Source of the DNA: a virus
Lineage: Duplodnaviria > Caudoviricetes
Length of the DNA: 55,218 bases
IMG/VR virus record: IMGVR_UViG_3300042337_000069
Span: 1-55,218 of that record
Reading direction: 5' to 3' (one strand)
The first letter of the stretch is position 1; each line of letters starts with the position of its first letter. The notes below the pieces were generated by a model. It did not search any database, was not told the DNA's origin, and saw nothing but the letters and a program-made list of their open reading frames with translations. Below are positions 1 to 9,521 of the stretch, piece by piece. The position numbers and the translations under genes were made by a program.

Positions 1-92
1 AAGGTAGAAATCAGAGATTACACAGGAACCAAGAAGCGTTGTGAACATTGCTTTGCGCCTATTGAAACGAAACCTTGGTGGAAGTTCTGGTC

Positions 93-203
93 ATGAACAA
101 TGATATAAAAGAAGCAGTTCGTAAAGCGGTAACCAAAGCCCTCAATGAAATGGGTCTTGAACAGTTCAAGAAAACTTCGTTTTTTGTGAGTAATATAAAA
201 TGA
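93..203 (+). CDS. small hypothetical protein (36 aa)
   Basis: Hand-translated MNNDIKEAVRK...SNIK; ATGA overlaps with the ORFs on both sides. Confidence 0.5.
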   Translation: MNNDIKEAVRKAVTKALNEMGLEQFKKTSFFVSNIK

Positions 204-508
204 GCAAAACATATCTAATTGAAACACGACAGACATTCATCATCGGTTATGCTGTAACTATGGATGACGATATGGATCCAAAGACAATTGCTGGTAAGAT
301 CATTGCCGAGACTGGTCATGGTGCAGAATATCCTATAGAACTATATCAGTATGATGCTGGCGAAGTTTTTGAACAATGCATTCCCACAAGCAATGAACAA
401 ATACCAAAAGTCTTTAGAGCAAAGAATGACTATCTCAGCCACCTGACTGATGAAGAGATAGCCTTTAGATTTACAATGGATTTTAGAACGAACAAAGAGG
501 AAAAGTAA
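200..508 (+). CDS. hypothetical protein
   Basis: 102-aa ORF coupled (TAATG) to nrdJ. Confidence 0.75.
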   Translation: MSKTYLIETRQTFIIGYAVTMDDDMDPKTIAGKIIAETGHGAEYPIELYQYDAGEVFEQCIPTSNEQIPKVFRAKNDYLSHLTDEEIAFRFTMDFRTNKEEK

Positions 509-2403
509 TGGAATCACTATATCAAGAATTTATCTATAAGAGCCGCTACAGCCGCTATCTCCCAGAAAAGAATCGTAGAGAGAACTGGGAAGAAACAATC
601 AATCGCTATCTAGACTTCATGTATATGCATCTACATGAAAAGTTTAGTTATGACATTCCACCAGAACTTCGCAAGCGTCTATTCGATCACATTCACGATA
701 TGAAGGTGATGCCTTCTATGCGAGCCCTTATGACTTCTGGTAAGGCTCTATTGCGTGATAACACATGCGGATATAATTGTTCGTTTCTACCAGTTGATGA
801 TCCAAAAGCATTTGATGAGGCTATGTTCATCCTACTCTGCGGCACCGGAGTAGGATTTTCTGTTGAGCGTCAGTTTATCAATCAACTACCTGAGATTCCA
901 GATCGTATGTTTGACTCTGAAACCGTTATCGTGGTTCGTGACAGTAAGGAAGGTTGGGCAAAGGCACTTCGTATGATGATTGCCCTACTATACACTGGTG
1001 AAGTTCCTAAGTGGGATCTTTCTAAGGTTCGTCCTGCTGGTGCACCGCTAAAGACATTCGGCGGCCGTTCGTCAGGTCCTGGTCCACTTTCCGATCTATT
1101 CAAGTTTGTTGTAAAGATTTTCAAGAATGCACATGGTCGTCGATTGACTTCATTAGAGTGTCATGATATTATGTGTAAGATCGGTGAGGTTGTAGTCGTT
1201 GGTGGCGTTCGTCGCTCTGCTATGATCAGTCTATCCAATCTTTCCGATGACCGTATGCGTCACGCTAAGGCAGGTGCATGGTGGGAAGCAAATCCGCAGC
1301 GAGCCCTATCAAACAACTCTGCCGTGTATAATGAAAAGCCAGAAATCGGATCGTTTATGTCCGAGTGGGTATCACTATACGAATCTAAATCAGGAGAGAG
1401 AGGTCTATTCAGTCGTGAAGCATGTCAAAAGATTGCCAAAAGGAACGGGCGTAGAAATAGTGACCAACTTTTTGGCACTAACCCATGCAGCGAAATCATT
1501 CTTCGCCCATATGGATTCTGTAACCTTACAGAGGTTGTTATCCGAGCCACTGACACCTTGGAAGATATTAAAGATAAGATTGAAGTTGCGACTATCCTTG
1601 GCACTTTTCAGTCTACTCTTACGGATTTTCCCTACCTAAGAAAGATTTGGCAGAAGAATGCAGAGGAAGAGAGACTACTTGGTGTTTCTCTCACAGGCAT
1701 TTATGATTCCAAGCTGTTCAACAATCCTGATGATAAGGGTATCAGGGAGCGTCTTGCTTCTCTTCGTGACTTTGCTATTGAGGTAAACAATGGACTTGCT
1801 ACTCAACTTGGTATCAATCCTGCTGCTGCTATTACTTGTGTCAAACCTTCGGGAACTGTTTCGCAACTTTGTGATTCTGCTTCTGGGATTCATCCTCGTC
1901 ATTCACAGTATTATATCCGCCGTGTTAGGGCTGACAACAAAGATCCGCTAACTCAGTTCATGAAGGACAAGGGTGTGCCATGGGAACCAGATGTTATGAA
2001 GCCTGATAGCACAACCGTCTTCTCGTTTCCAATGAAGGCACCAAAGGGTGCTGTGGTTCGTGACGACATTGACGCTATCAAGCATCTAGAACTATGGTCA
2101 GTGTATCAGGAAGCGTGGTGTGAGCATAAACCTTCGGTGACTATCAATGTCAAGGAAGAAGAATGGATGCGTGTTGGTGCATGGGTGTATGATCATTTTG
2201 ACGAAATGTCTGGTGTATCATTCTTACCACATGATGGTGGTTCATATCGTCAGGCTCCTTATGAAGAGATTGCAGAGGATCTTTACAAGGCAATGCTACC
2301 AACAATCCCAGAGCATCTAGACTGGGACTCACTTGTTGAAATGGATGATAACGTGGAAGGCGTGCAGACACTCGCTTGCACCGCCGGCTCATGCGAAATC
2401 TAA
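508..2403 (+). CDS. nrdJ: class II (adenosylcobalamin-dependent) ribonucleotide reductase
   Basis: GYNCSF, GTGVGFS, GGVRRSA, TNPCSEI (thiyl Cys), TCVKPSGT, C-terminal CTAGSCEI redox pair; no nrdB alongside. Confidence 0.93.
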   Translation: MESLYQEFIYKSRYSRYLPEKNRRENWEETINRYLDFMYMHLHEKFSYDIPPELRKRLFDHIHDMKVMPSMRALMTSGKALLRDNTCGYNCSFLPVDDPKAFDEAMFILLCGTGVGFSVERQFINQLPEIPDRMFDSETVIVVRDSKEGWAKALRMMIALLYTGEVPKWDLSKVRPAGAPLKTFGGRSSGPGPLSDLFKFVVKIFKNAHGRRLTSLECHDIMCKIGEVVVVGGVRRSAMISLSNLSDDRMRHAKAGAWWEANPQRALSNNSAVYNEKPEIGSFMSEWVSLYESKSGERGLFSREACQKIAKRNGRRNSDQLFGTNPCSEIILRPYGFCNLTEVVIRATDTLEDIKDKIEVATILGTFQSTLTDFPYLRKIWQKNAEEERLLGVSLTGIYDSKLFNNPDDKGIRERLASLRDFAIEVNNGLATQLGINPAAAITCVKPSGTVSQLCDSASGIHPRHSQYYIRRVRADNKDPLTQFMKDKGVPWEPDVMKPDSTTVFSFPMKAPKGAVVRDDIDAIKHLELWSVYQEAWCEHKPSVTINVKEEEWMRVGAWVYDHFDEMSGVSFLPHDGGSYRQAPYEEIAEDLYKAMLPTIPEHLDWDSLVEMDDNVEGVQTLACTAGSCEI

Positions 2404-2416
2404 AAAAGGAAAGCAA

Positions 2417-2641
2417 ATGACAGATACAAAAGATATGTTTCACGAAAAAGTTGAAGACCTGCGTGAGGAGTATGTCTCTGCCACAGGACATACCATGAAA
2501 CGAGAATATGGTACTAAGACTCCTAATGGAAACAAGATGGATGGTCATTGGGTAGTAAGAGATAAAAATAAACGGTTTGTTGATTTTCATACACATTCAA
2601 ATGATTTGATTGACAAGCATGGACTAAAACCAAAGAAATGA
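2417..2641 (+). CDS. hypothetical protein
   Basis: Start moved to ATG 2417 after AGGAAAG RBS. Confidence 0.65.
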   Translation: MTDTKDMFHEKVEDLREEYVSATGHTMKREYGTKTPNGNKMDGHWVVRDKNKRFVDFHTHSNDLIDKHGLKPKK

Positions 2642-3120
2642 GAAAGCTAGTTCTAGCAATGCTCCTCATGCCTTCACTGGCATGGGGAGCAGACCCGATC
2701 GTTCCTGACCCTCACCTAACCCCAGGGGAGGTAGACCCAAACGCTACACTTGAAAAGGTATGCACGACTGGATATACCAAGAAGGTTCGTCATGTGACCC
2801 AATCAAAGAAGGATCATGTGTATGAGCTATATAATATTCAGAAGGTGCCGCACCAGTATGAAATTGACCACTTGATAAGTTTAGAACTAGGTGGCTCAAA
2901 CTCGATGCGTAATCTATGGCCTCAATCATTCTTTACAGAGACATGGAACGCTAGAGTGAAAGACGTTCTAGAGCATCAGCTAAATCGTATGGTATGTGAC
3001 GGCAAGATCAGTCTAGAGGCTGCCCAGAAAGCTATCGCTACAGACTGGATCAAAGCCTACTGCACCTATTATAACAAACTTCCATCATCATGTTTTGAAT
3101 ATATGAAAGGTAAACAATGA
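2638..3120 (+). CDS. exported HNH-family nuclease-like protein
   Basis: Signal peptide MRKLVLAMLLMPSLAWG; YEIDHLISLELGGSN..NLWP HNH motif. Confidence 0.75.
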   Translation: MRKLVLAMLLMPSLAWGADPIVPDPHLTPGEVDPNATLEKVCTTGYTKKVRHVTQSKKDHVYELYNIQKVPHQYEIDHLISLELGGSNSMRNLWPQSFFTETWNARVKDVLEHQLNRMVCDGKISLEAAQKAIATDWIKAYCTYYNKLPSSCFEYMKGKQ

Positions 3121-3512
3121 AGCACTTCCTCCTCGCCATGCTACTATCAACATCACCAGCACTCGCTGAAACAAATATCACAGTAAACAAATCAACTCAA
3201 ACAATGACGGTGGACTCAGATGAAGGACAATACGAATGGCCCGTATCTACGGCTCGTAAAGGATACTACACACCATCAGGATCATTCAGACCCTACTCAC
3301 TTCAAACCATGCACTACTCCAAGAAATACGACAACTCCCCTATGCCATATTCAATCTTCTTTACGGGTGGTTTCGCTATCCATGGAACTCCTCATGTGGG
3401 CAACCTTGGTCGCCCTGCCAGTCATGGTTGCGTTAGACTTCATCCATCGAATGCTCGGACCCTATTCAGCATTGTGAGTAGAGATAACGATACAAGGATT
3501 GTAATTCGATGA
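3117..3512 (+). CDS. L,D-transpeptidase (YkuD family), exported
   Basis: Signal peptide ending ALA; WPVSTA, TPSG, AIHGT and ASHGCVRL catalytic motif. Confidence 0.9.
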   Translation: MKHFLLAMLLSTSPALAETNITVNKSTQTMTVDSDEGQYEWPVSTARKGYYTPSGSFRPYSLQTMHYSKKYDNSPMPYSIFFTGGFAIHGTPHVGNLGRPASHGCVRLHPSNARTLFSIVSRDNDTRIVIR

Positions 3513-3871
3513 GTTTATTTCAAAAGGGTGACTTCACCTCACACGCTGGACTTCCACTCGCATGGAAGATTGAATGTGACGCACTAACTGATGATGATTG
3601 GGAATGCCTGGCATTTCTAATCTCACAGCGTTGTTCGTTTGGCACTGTCTATGGTATTCCCAGGGGAGGAGTCAAACTAGCAAACGCATTAGAAAAGTAT
3701 TGCGATCCGACTAGCAAGATTCGCCTTGTCGTAGATGATGTTTACACTACTGGCAAGTCAATGAATGATGTTATGCAGGATGGTGATATTGGCTTCGTTG
3801 TGTTTGCTCGCCGTAATGTTATGTTTGATGCATCTCGTTATGTCCGAGCCCTATTCACAATGGATGTATGA
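3509..3871 (+). CDS. type I phosphoribosyltransferase-like protein (orotate PRTase-like)
   Basis: GDFTSHAG, GIPRGG and the PRPP-binding loop VVDDVYTTGKS. Confidence 0.8.
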   Translation: MSLFQKGDFTSHAGLPLAWKIECDALTDDDWECLAFLISQRCSFGTVYGIPRGGVKLANALEKYCDPTSKIRLVVDDVYTTGKSMNDVMQDGDIGFVVFARRNVMFDASRYVRALFTMDV

Positions 3872-4224
3872 TCGAGTCCCTTATGGACGATCTAGATTAT
3901 ATTCTGTTAGATCAGTTACATTCGATCAAGAAAAGCAAGAAGGCTGTAAAGAGAATTAGACAACTTACTCCTGACGACCCTCTTGTTTCTCTTGGTGAAG
4001 CACTAATAGAAAACCGTATAAAATTTTTTGAGAGTATGGTAAGTGACAAAGCATTATTGCGTAAGAAACATAAAAGAAAGAAACGAAAAGACATAGATAT
4101 ATTGGCAAAGAATCCTGTTTATGATTGGTATAAAACTATCTTTATGGCGTCTACCCTTGGTTATAGGATGTTTATGGGTTCAGTTTCATCATACATGTCT
4201 TATTTCAAGAAAGGTAAAACCTAA
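3868..4224 (+). CDS. hypothetical protein
   Basis: Coupled ORF within the operon. Confidence 0.65.
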   Translation: MIESLMDDLDYILLDQLHSIKKSKKAVKRIRQLTPDDPLVSLGEALIENRIKFFESMVSDKALLRKKHKRKKRKDIDILAKNPVYDWYKTIFMASTLGYRMFMGSVSSYMSYFKKGKT

Positions 4225-4442
4225 TGGCAGGAGAAAGAGCCGCAATCTTTGGTCAGTTTATTGAGCAACTATCGGAAACAGATATCAACATATTAGAACG
4301 TGAAGAAGTTTATAGAGTCTTGTTAGATGTCCTCGAAGAGTTCGACATAAAAGGTATGGATGGATATCTAGACATAGACCCAGCATTTGATGAAGTGTAT
4401 AACGAAAAGTATCCACCAGAGATAGAAGACTTCGAGGAGTAA
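4224..4442 (+). CDS. acidic hypothetical protein
   Basis: Coupled ORF, D/E-rich. Confidence 0.7.
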   Translation: MAGERAAIFGQFIEQLSETDINILEREEVYRVLLDVLEEFDIKGMDGYLDIDPAFDEVYNEKYPPEIEDFEE

Positions 4443-4455
4443 ACTATATATCCAT

Positions 4456-4863
4456 ATGACATGGATATATGAAAACAACCCCTTTGAAGAAATTCCCGAC
4501 GGTATCATTGGATATGTGTATGAGATTACATGTATACCCAATGGTAAACGATACATCGGCAAAAAGAACTTTTACTTTTCCAAGACGAAACAAGTCAAAG
4601 GTAAAAAGAAAAAGTTCAAGGTCGACTCTGATTGGAAGACCTACTTTGGTTCTAACAAAGAGATTCAAGAGCATGTTGCCCTATACGGTGAACACAGGTT
4701 TGAAAGAAAGATTTTGCGCCTGTGTTCATCTAAGGGTGAGATGTCTTATTACGAAACCAAATTCATCTTTGAAACCGATGCGATCATATCTGAACAATAT
4801 TACAATGACTGGTGCATGTGCCGAGTTCGTAGGTCGCATGTTGTGAAGAAAGGCAAATCATGA
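4456..4863 (+). CDS. GIY-YIG family endonuclease
   Basis: GYVYEIT...RYIGKK and YFGS motifs. Confidence 0.8.
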   Translation: MTWIYENNPFEEIPDGIIGYVYEITCIPNGKRYIGKKNFYFSKTKQVKGKKKKFKVDSDWKTYFGSNKEIQEHVALYGEHRFERKILRLCSSKGEMSYYETKFIFETDAIISEQYYNDWCMCRVRRSHVVKKGKS

Positions 4864-5087
4864 GAATCATAATCTATTCCAAGGACCAATGTCCTTACTG
4901 TGACAATGCCCGAGACCTACTAAAGCGTTTTGGAAAGGAATACATTGAATACAAGTTGGACAAGGACTTTTCGAGAGCCATGATCAAGGAAGTATTCCCA
5001 ACAGCTAAAACATTCCCAATAATAACACTTGACAAAACCTACATCGGGGGTTATAATGATCTTTGTGAAATCGCAAAGGAATGGTAA
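4860..5087 (+). CDS. nrdC: glutaredoxin (T4 NrdC-like)
   Basis: CPYC active site, TFPII, YIGGY. Confidence 0.9.
   Translation: MRIIIYSKDQCPYCDNARDLLKRFGKEYIEYKLDKDFSRAMIKEVFPTAKTFPIITLDKTYIGGYNDLCEIAKEW
5029..5057 (+). promoter_or_regulatory. sigma70-type promoter
   Basis: TTGACA-17 nt-TATAAT, perfect consensus. Confidence 0.7.
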
Positions 5088-5866
5088 TGAAAATCGCTTA
5101 TGGTTCCGATCTACATCTAGAGTTTGATGGGAACAAGCATGTCAATCCGCTACCTATCTATAATCTAGAGGATGCTCATGTTCTAATTCTAGCTGGCGAC
5201 ATTCTTCTAGCGTCCGATCTAAATCTTGCTATGCAGGAATTCATGGACACTGTTTCGAAAGAGTTTCCATTTGTTCTATATGTCATGGGTAATCATGAGC
5301 ATTATGCCGGAGACTTTTTAGAAACAAAGTCGCTACTAAAGAAGTATATCAGTCCATATAGCAATGTCGCACTACTAGATAATGAATGTGTTCTGTTGGA
5401 TGACACTGCTTTCTTTGGAGGCACTCTATGGACTGATCTAAATCGTCGTGATCCATATGTGGTCGATGTTGTAGCACAAGCAATGAATGATTTTCAGTGT
5501 ATTCAATATGGCGACCGAATGTTTCGTGCTAGAGATACATTGACTGAGCATGACAAAACTCTAGATGCTCTAAAGGATGCTTTGTCTAAAACAAAGGCAT
5601 CTAAGATGGTTGCGATTACTCACCATACACCATCATCCAAATCGTCTCATCCTCGATATGCTGGTGATCCGACTAACTATGCTTACTACTCTGATCTAAG
5701 TGAATTGATTCTTGACAATCAAATCATCAAGGCTTGGATTCATGGTCATACACATGATCAGTATGATTATATGATTGGAGAGACAAGGGTGCTTTGTAAT
5801 CCTCGTGGTTATAAAGGCATTCAATCAAGTGCTGATACATGGCAAGTGAAATACGTGGAGGTCTGA
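5081..5866 (+). CDS. calcineurin-like metallophosphoesterase
   Basis: SDLH, LAGDI, GNHEHY, HHTP and HGHTH motifs. Confidence 0.9.
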   Translation: MVMKIAYGSDLHLEFDGNKHVNPLPIYNLEDAHVLILAGDILLASDLNLAMQEFMDTVSKEFPFVLYVMGNHEHYAGDFLETKSLLKKYISPYSNVALLDNECVLLDDTAFFGGTLWTDLNRRDPYVVDVVAQAMNDFQCIQYGDRMFRARDTLTEHDKTLDALKDALSKTKASKMVAITHHTPSSKSSHPRYAGDPTNYAYYSDLSELILDNQIIKAWIHGHTHDQYDYMIGETRVLCNPRGYKGIQSSADTWQVKYVEV

Positions 5867-5867
5867 T

Positions 5868-6053
5868 ATGAATCGTGATGAAATCGCTACATGTGTTCTA
5901 GAGATTGTCGAAGACTTTATCAAGAAACAGAAGATTGGTTGTGCCGAAGATGTTTACCAATCAGATTGGGTAAGCGAAAATTCACTTGATCTAATCGCAG
6001 AACTATGCGAAGCTGTTGGATATTATGAAGAGGAAAAAGAAAATGTGGAATAA
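5868..6053 (+). CDS. hypothetical protein
   Basis: GGAGG RBS; acidic 61-aa ORF. Confidence 0.7.
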   Translation: MNRDEIATCVLEIVEDFIKKQKIGCAEDVYQSDWVSENSLDLIAELCEAVGYYEEEKENVE

Positions 6054-6294
6054 GTATGAACTAAAGGAAACGCTGCGTAATGGTGTGTATACCGTTGTCT
6101 TTGAGAAGGTCGATGGAACGGAACGCAGAATGGAATGCACCCTTGATCCTACTTTTATGCCTGCACAGCTCTTGACAGAGCAGCAGGAAACTGCTAAGAT
6201 CAGAAACGAAAATGACGATGTGCTAGCCGTATGGGATACGCAAGCAAAGGGTTGGCGTTCGTTCCATGTGAGCAAGATCAAGGAGGTATCGTAA
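6043..6294 (+). CDS. SH3/WYL-like beta-barrel protein (T4 gp61.1/DUF2693-like)
   Basis: VVFEKVDGTERRMECTL...VWD...GWRSF; start moved to ATG 6043. Confidence 0.75.
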   Translation: MWNKYELKETLRNGVYTVVFEKVDGTERRMECTLDPTFMPAQLLTEQQETAKIRNENDDVLAVWDTQAKGWRSFHVSKIKEVS

Positions 6295-6389
6295 TGGCGC
6301 ATCCGCATAAAAATAGACCTCGAAAGGGTCGTCGTAAGATTGGTTCTTCAAAGCGTAAAGCTAGAAGACTAAAAGGAAGAAAGAAGTAA
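6294..6389 (+). CDS. very basic 31-aa peptide
   Basis: AAGGAGGT RBS; MAHPHKNRPRKGRRKIGSSKRKARRLKGRKK; too short for the ORF track. Confidence 0.7.
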   Translation: MAHPHKNRPRKGRRKIGSSKRKARRLKGRKK

Positions 6390-6653
6390 ATGCCTACAAA
6401 TATACCACCAAGGTTTGGAGTGAATGATATGAATACGAAGAATGTAAAGGTCATTTCGATCGGTTCGAATGATAATCCTATCAACTTTATGGATGGTCTA
6501 TCTCTTCTATTCATTGGGTTGAAGTTAACAGGACACCTAGATACTTGGAGTTGGGTAGAAGTTTTGTCTCCTCTATGGGGTCCTTTTATGATAGTATGGT
6601 TTATTCGACTAGTGGTATCCACGTTTTTTAAAACTGACGAGAATGAGGAATAA
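6390..6653 (+). CDS. small membrane protein
   Basis: LLFIGLKLTGHLDTWSWVEVLSPLW two-TM motif. Confidence 0.7.
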   Translation: MPTNIPPRFGVNDMNTKNVKVISIGSNDNPINFMDGLSLLFIGLKLTGHLDTWSWVEVLSPLWGPFMIVWFIRLVVSTFFKTDENEE

Positions 6654-6655
6654 CA

Positions 6656-6952
6656 ATGTCTGCGGATAACGGTATCTATGTTCTGTTCACAGAATCAGAA
6701 AAGGGTCCTGAATATCGTGTCGCATATGCTCACGCTATCGACAACATTTACGGAAAATATAACGACGAACTAGGACGGTACGAAGGAGACATTCCTTCTA
6801 TCGTTTCCGTCTTTGGTGAAGCAAATGTTTTCTTTTCCTTGAATGAAGCACTTGACTTTGCCGAAGAACTAGAGTATGGTAGAGAACACTACCTTGAAGA
6901 CGGAATTTGCGTCATTAACGAGTTCAAGGACTATGGCTATATCTTCGGATAA
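6656..6952 (+). CDS. hypothetical protein
   Basis: GAGG RBS; MSADNGIY... ORF. Confidence 0.7.
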   Translation: MSADNGIYVLFTESEKGPEYRVAYAHAIDNIYGKYNDELGRYEGDIPSIVSVFGEANVFFSLNEALDFAEELEYGREHYLEDGICVINEFKDYGYIFG

Positions 6953-6962
6953 GGAGAAAAAG

Positions 6963-8066
6963 GTGAAAAAGACAACTACCGTTCGTCGGCCGAAATTCGC
7001 TGATGAAAAGTACCTCGGCCCGGAACCCACCGTGACCGAGGAATCGACTCAGGTTGATATGTCTAATGCCTACACATGGTTCAATTACTTCTATAACTCG
7101 GAGGACGCTAAGTCCTTCACTCTCTCCTACCTTAAGTCTATCAAGTATGACAAAGACACAATTAAGAAACTGTCAAAAGCAAAGCCAATCGATCTACACA
7201 ACATTGGATGGAACTGTCGGCTCCTTGCAGGCGGGTCCATTCTCCCTGATAATGGTTGGGAAAGGGTCGAGCAACGTATTAAAGCAGTTGCAGACTCAAT
7301 CACAATCGTTGATGAAATTGAAGAAGATGGCCCTGTCCTAAAGGTCATCTCAATTCAAGATCGTATCAATAACAAAGCGTCTGACCTGATCGGTGAACTG
7401 GAAGAACAGATGGACGTTTTCTTCAAAGAAGGAGTCGTTCAATTTGACGTTAAGAAGTGGTCCCTTGAGAAGGGAATTAAACCGCAAATTGCGAAGAGGA
7501 TTGCAGAACACTTCCGTCCTCAATACGAAGAAATCACCCAAGCCATCGAAGGCAAAGACAAAGAGTTGGCTGAGTCATATAAGTGCTGGCGTAAGCCGGT
7601 TCTTAAGATCATGGTTCTTTTCATAAAGAGAATCATTGATCATATGATTGAACTAGATTCAGCGGGGCAGGCTGTTCGTAAGCCACGTGCCAAGAAGGTA
7701 AAGCCTGCTGGACAGTTGGTCGCTAAAATGAATTACTGCAAGTCTGCTGATACTCTAACGAGTGTCGAACCAAAGGAGATTATCGGTGCTTCACAGCTTT
7801 GGGTCTATAATCATAAGACTCGCAATCTTTCTGTTTATAATGCCGTGGGTCATTCGGGGCTTAGTGTCCGAGGGACTACCATTACAGGATATGATGAAGC
7901 TACTTCTATCACGAAGAAACTTCGTAAACCAGAAGCAGTAATCAAGCCGCTGCTTGAAGGCGGTAAGATTTATCTTCGCAAGGTGATGGAGAATATCACT
8001 ACGAAGGAAGCAGCGGCTAATGGTCGTATCAATGCAGAAACAATTCTATTGAGAGTAGTAAAATGA
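6963..8066 (+). CDS. conserved T4-like phage hypothetical protein
   Basis: Long ORF; GTG start after AAGGAG; IIGASQLWVYN and KKLRKPE C-terminal motifs. Confidence 0.75.
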   Translation: MKKTTTVRRPKFADEKYLGPEPTVTEESTQVDMSNAYTWFNYFYNSEDAKSFTLSYLKSIKYDKDTIKKLSKAKPIDLHNIGWNCRLLAGGSILPDNGWERVEQRIKAVADSITIVDEIEEDGPVLKVISIQDRINNKASDLIGELEEQMDVFFKEGVVQFDVKKWSLEKGIKPQIAKRIAEHFRPQYEEITQAIEGKDKELAESYKCWRKPVLKIMVLFIKRIIDHMIELDSAGQAVRKPRAKKVKPAGQLVAKMNYCKSADTLTSVEPKEIIGASQLWVYNHKTRNLSVYNAVGHSGLSVRGTTITGYDEATSITKKLRKPEAVIKPLLEGGKIYLRKVMENITTKEAAANGRINAETILLRVVK

Positions 8067-8203
8067 CAGAGGAAACAATTCACACACTAATATTAACGTG
8101 GGTATATGCAGGAGTTGGTGCTGCTGTGTTTAGCCTCGTCCTCCTATTCGCAGTAATGTATTATACAAACAAAGAGAAGAATAATGACAGAGAAGGTAAT
8201 TGA
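8063..8203 (+). CDS. small single-TM protein
   Basis: Hand-translated MTEETIHTLILTWVYAGVGAAVFSLVLLFAVMYY... Confidence 0.55.
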   Translation: MTEETIHTLILTWVYAGVGAAVFSLVLLFAVMYYTNKEKNNDREGN

Positions 8204-8585
8204 GTTTCCTAAGCATAAGGTTGTAAGAGATGTGCCTGGTGCTGTATTAGAAGAACGCAATAGGCGTGCTGATCAAAAGATGGCAGATAGCATTGTCGAT
8301 GAATTGACTGGAATGATCATAACCGAACTAGATAATTATTATGTTGAGGTTGAAAACAAGCAGTTTGCTAAAGACCTGGTTTTAGTTGCCGATTCTATCA
8401 AGGCTTGTGTCTATCGTTCTTTCGGACTAGACCATCATCTGCATCCCTTTATCGACGATAATGTTAAACTGATTGAAGGTGATGTTTCCTCGATGTCAAA
8501 GGAAGAGATTAAGGAAAAAATCGAAACCATTATGAGCGAACTATCACAAGCAAAAGAAAAACTTGACACTGACGAGGAAGAGTGA
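8184..8585 (+). CDS. hypothetical protein
   Basis: 133-aa ORF starting with a KVIEFP motif. Confidence 0.7.
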   Translation: MTEKVIEFPKHKVVRDVPGAVLEERNRRADQKMADSIVDELTGMIITELDNYYVEVENKQFAKDLVLVADSIKACVYRSFGLDHHLHPFIDDNVKLIEGDVSSMSKEEIKEKIETIMSELSQAKEKLDTDEEE

Positions 8586-8591
8586 TAGAAT
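8563..8591 (+). promoter_or_regulatory. sigma70-type promoter for rnh
   Basis: TTGACA-17-TAGAAT with extended TG. Confidence 0.6.
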
Positions 8592-8617
8592 ATAATTCAC
8601 TCAATAAGGAATAAATC

Positions 8618-9514
8618 ATGTCTTACATGTTGATTGACCTCAACCAGGTTCTAATCTCAAATCTAATGCAGTATCTCACTAGAAACCCAACATACGTTGA
8701 TGCCAACGGTGTTACCGTAAAGGCTTCTAGTTCTAATATCAATGAGAATATGATTCGCCATATGTGTATCAATACCATTCGCTCTAATGTGAAGCAGTTT
8801 CGCTCCAAGTATAAGAATGTGGTTCTCTGCTGCGACTCCAAGCACTATTGGCGCCGTGATTACTTCCCCTTCTATAAGGCGCATCGTAAGCATGACCGAG
8901 AGGCATCAGGTCTTGATTGGGATATGATCTTTTCTGTCCTTAATCGACTTCGTGACGAACTGCGAGACAACTTTCCGTATAAAACACTTAACATTGAGGG
9001 TGCCGAGGCCGACGATGTTATTGCTGTGCTTACTGCTCGACTTGCTCCACATGGGGATATTCTTATTCTATCATCTGACAAAGACTTTGGCCAGTTGCAG
9101 AAGTATCCTAATGTCAAGCAGTATTCTCCTATCCTAAAGCGTTTCATTCAGATCGATGATCCGCAGCGTTTTGTGCGTGAGCATATTCTAAAGGGTGATC
9201 GTGGTGATGGCATTCCTAATTTTCTATCTGCCGATAATACATTCGTTGCAGGTGAACGCCAGAAACCTCTTAGCAGTAAGAAACTGAATGAATGGGTTAC
9301 GCAGGATACGTCTAAGTTCTGTACCACAGATAATCTACTACGTGGATTCATGCGTAATCAAACACTTGTTGATTTCGACTATATACCTAGCGAGATTCAG
9401 GCCAACATCGTTACAGCATTTGACGAAGCAAAGCCTGCAAGCAAAGAGAAGATGCTAAACTACTTTATCGATAAGGGTCTTAAGGTTATGATCGAATCGA
9501 TAAGTGACTTTTGA
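8618..9514 (+). CDS. rnh: T4-type RNase H (5'-3' exonuclease)
   Basis: LIDLNQ, WRRDYFPFYK, EADDVIA, SSDKDF, KGDRGDGIPN. Confidence 0.92.
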   Translation: MSYMLIDLNQVLISNLMQYLTRNPTYVDANGVTVKASSSNINENMIRHMCINTIRSNVKQFRSKYKNVVLCCDSKHYWRRDYFPFYKAHRKHDREASGLDWDMIFSVLNRLRDELRDNFPYKTLNIEGAEADDVIAVLTARLAPHGDILILSSDKDFGQLQKYPNVKQYSPILKRFIQIDDPQRFVREHILKGDRGDGIPNFLSADNTFVAGERQKPLSSKKLNEWVTQDTSKFCTTDNLLRGFMRNQTLVDFDYIPSEIQANIVTAFDEAKPASKEKMLNYFIDKGLKVMIESISDF

Positions 9515-9521
9515 GGATAAC

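Noticed and set aside
508-2403. Intein or intron in nrdJ
   Set aside because: ORF is continuous at normal length with no splice-junction or homing-endonuclease motifs
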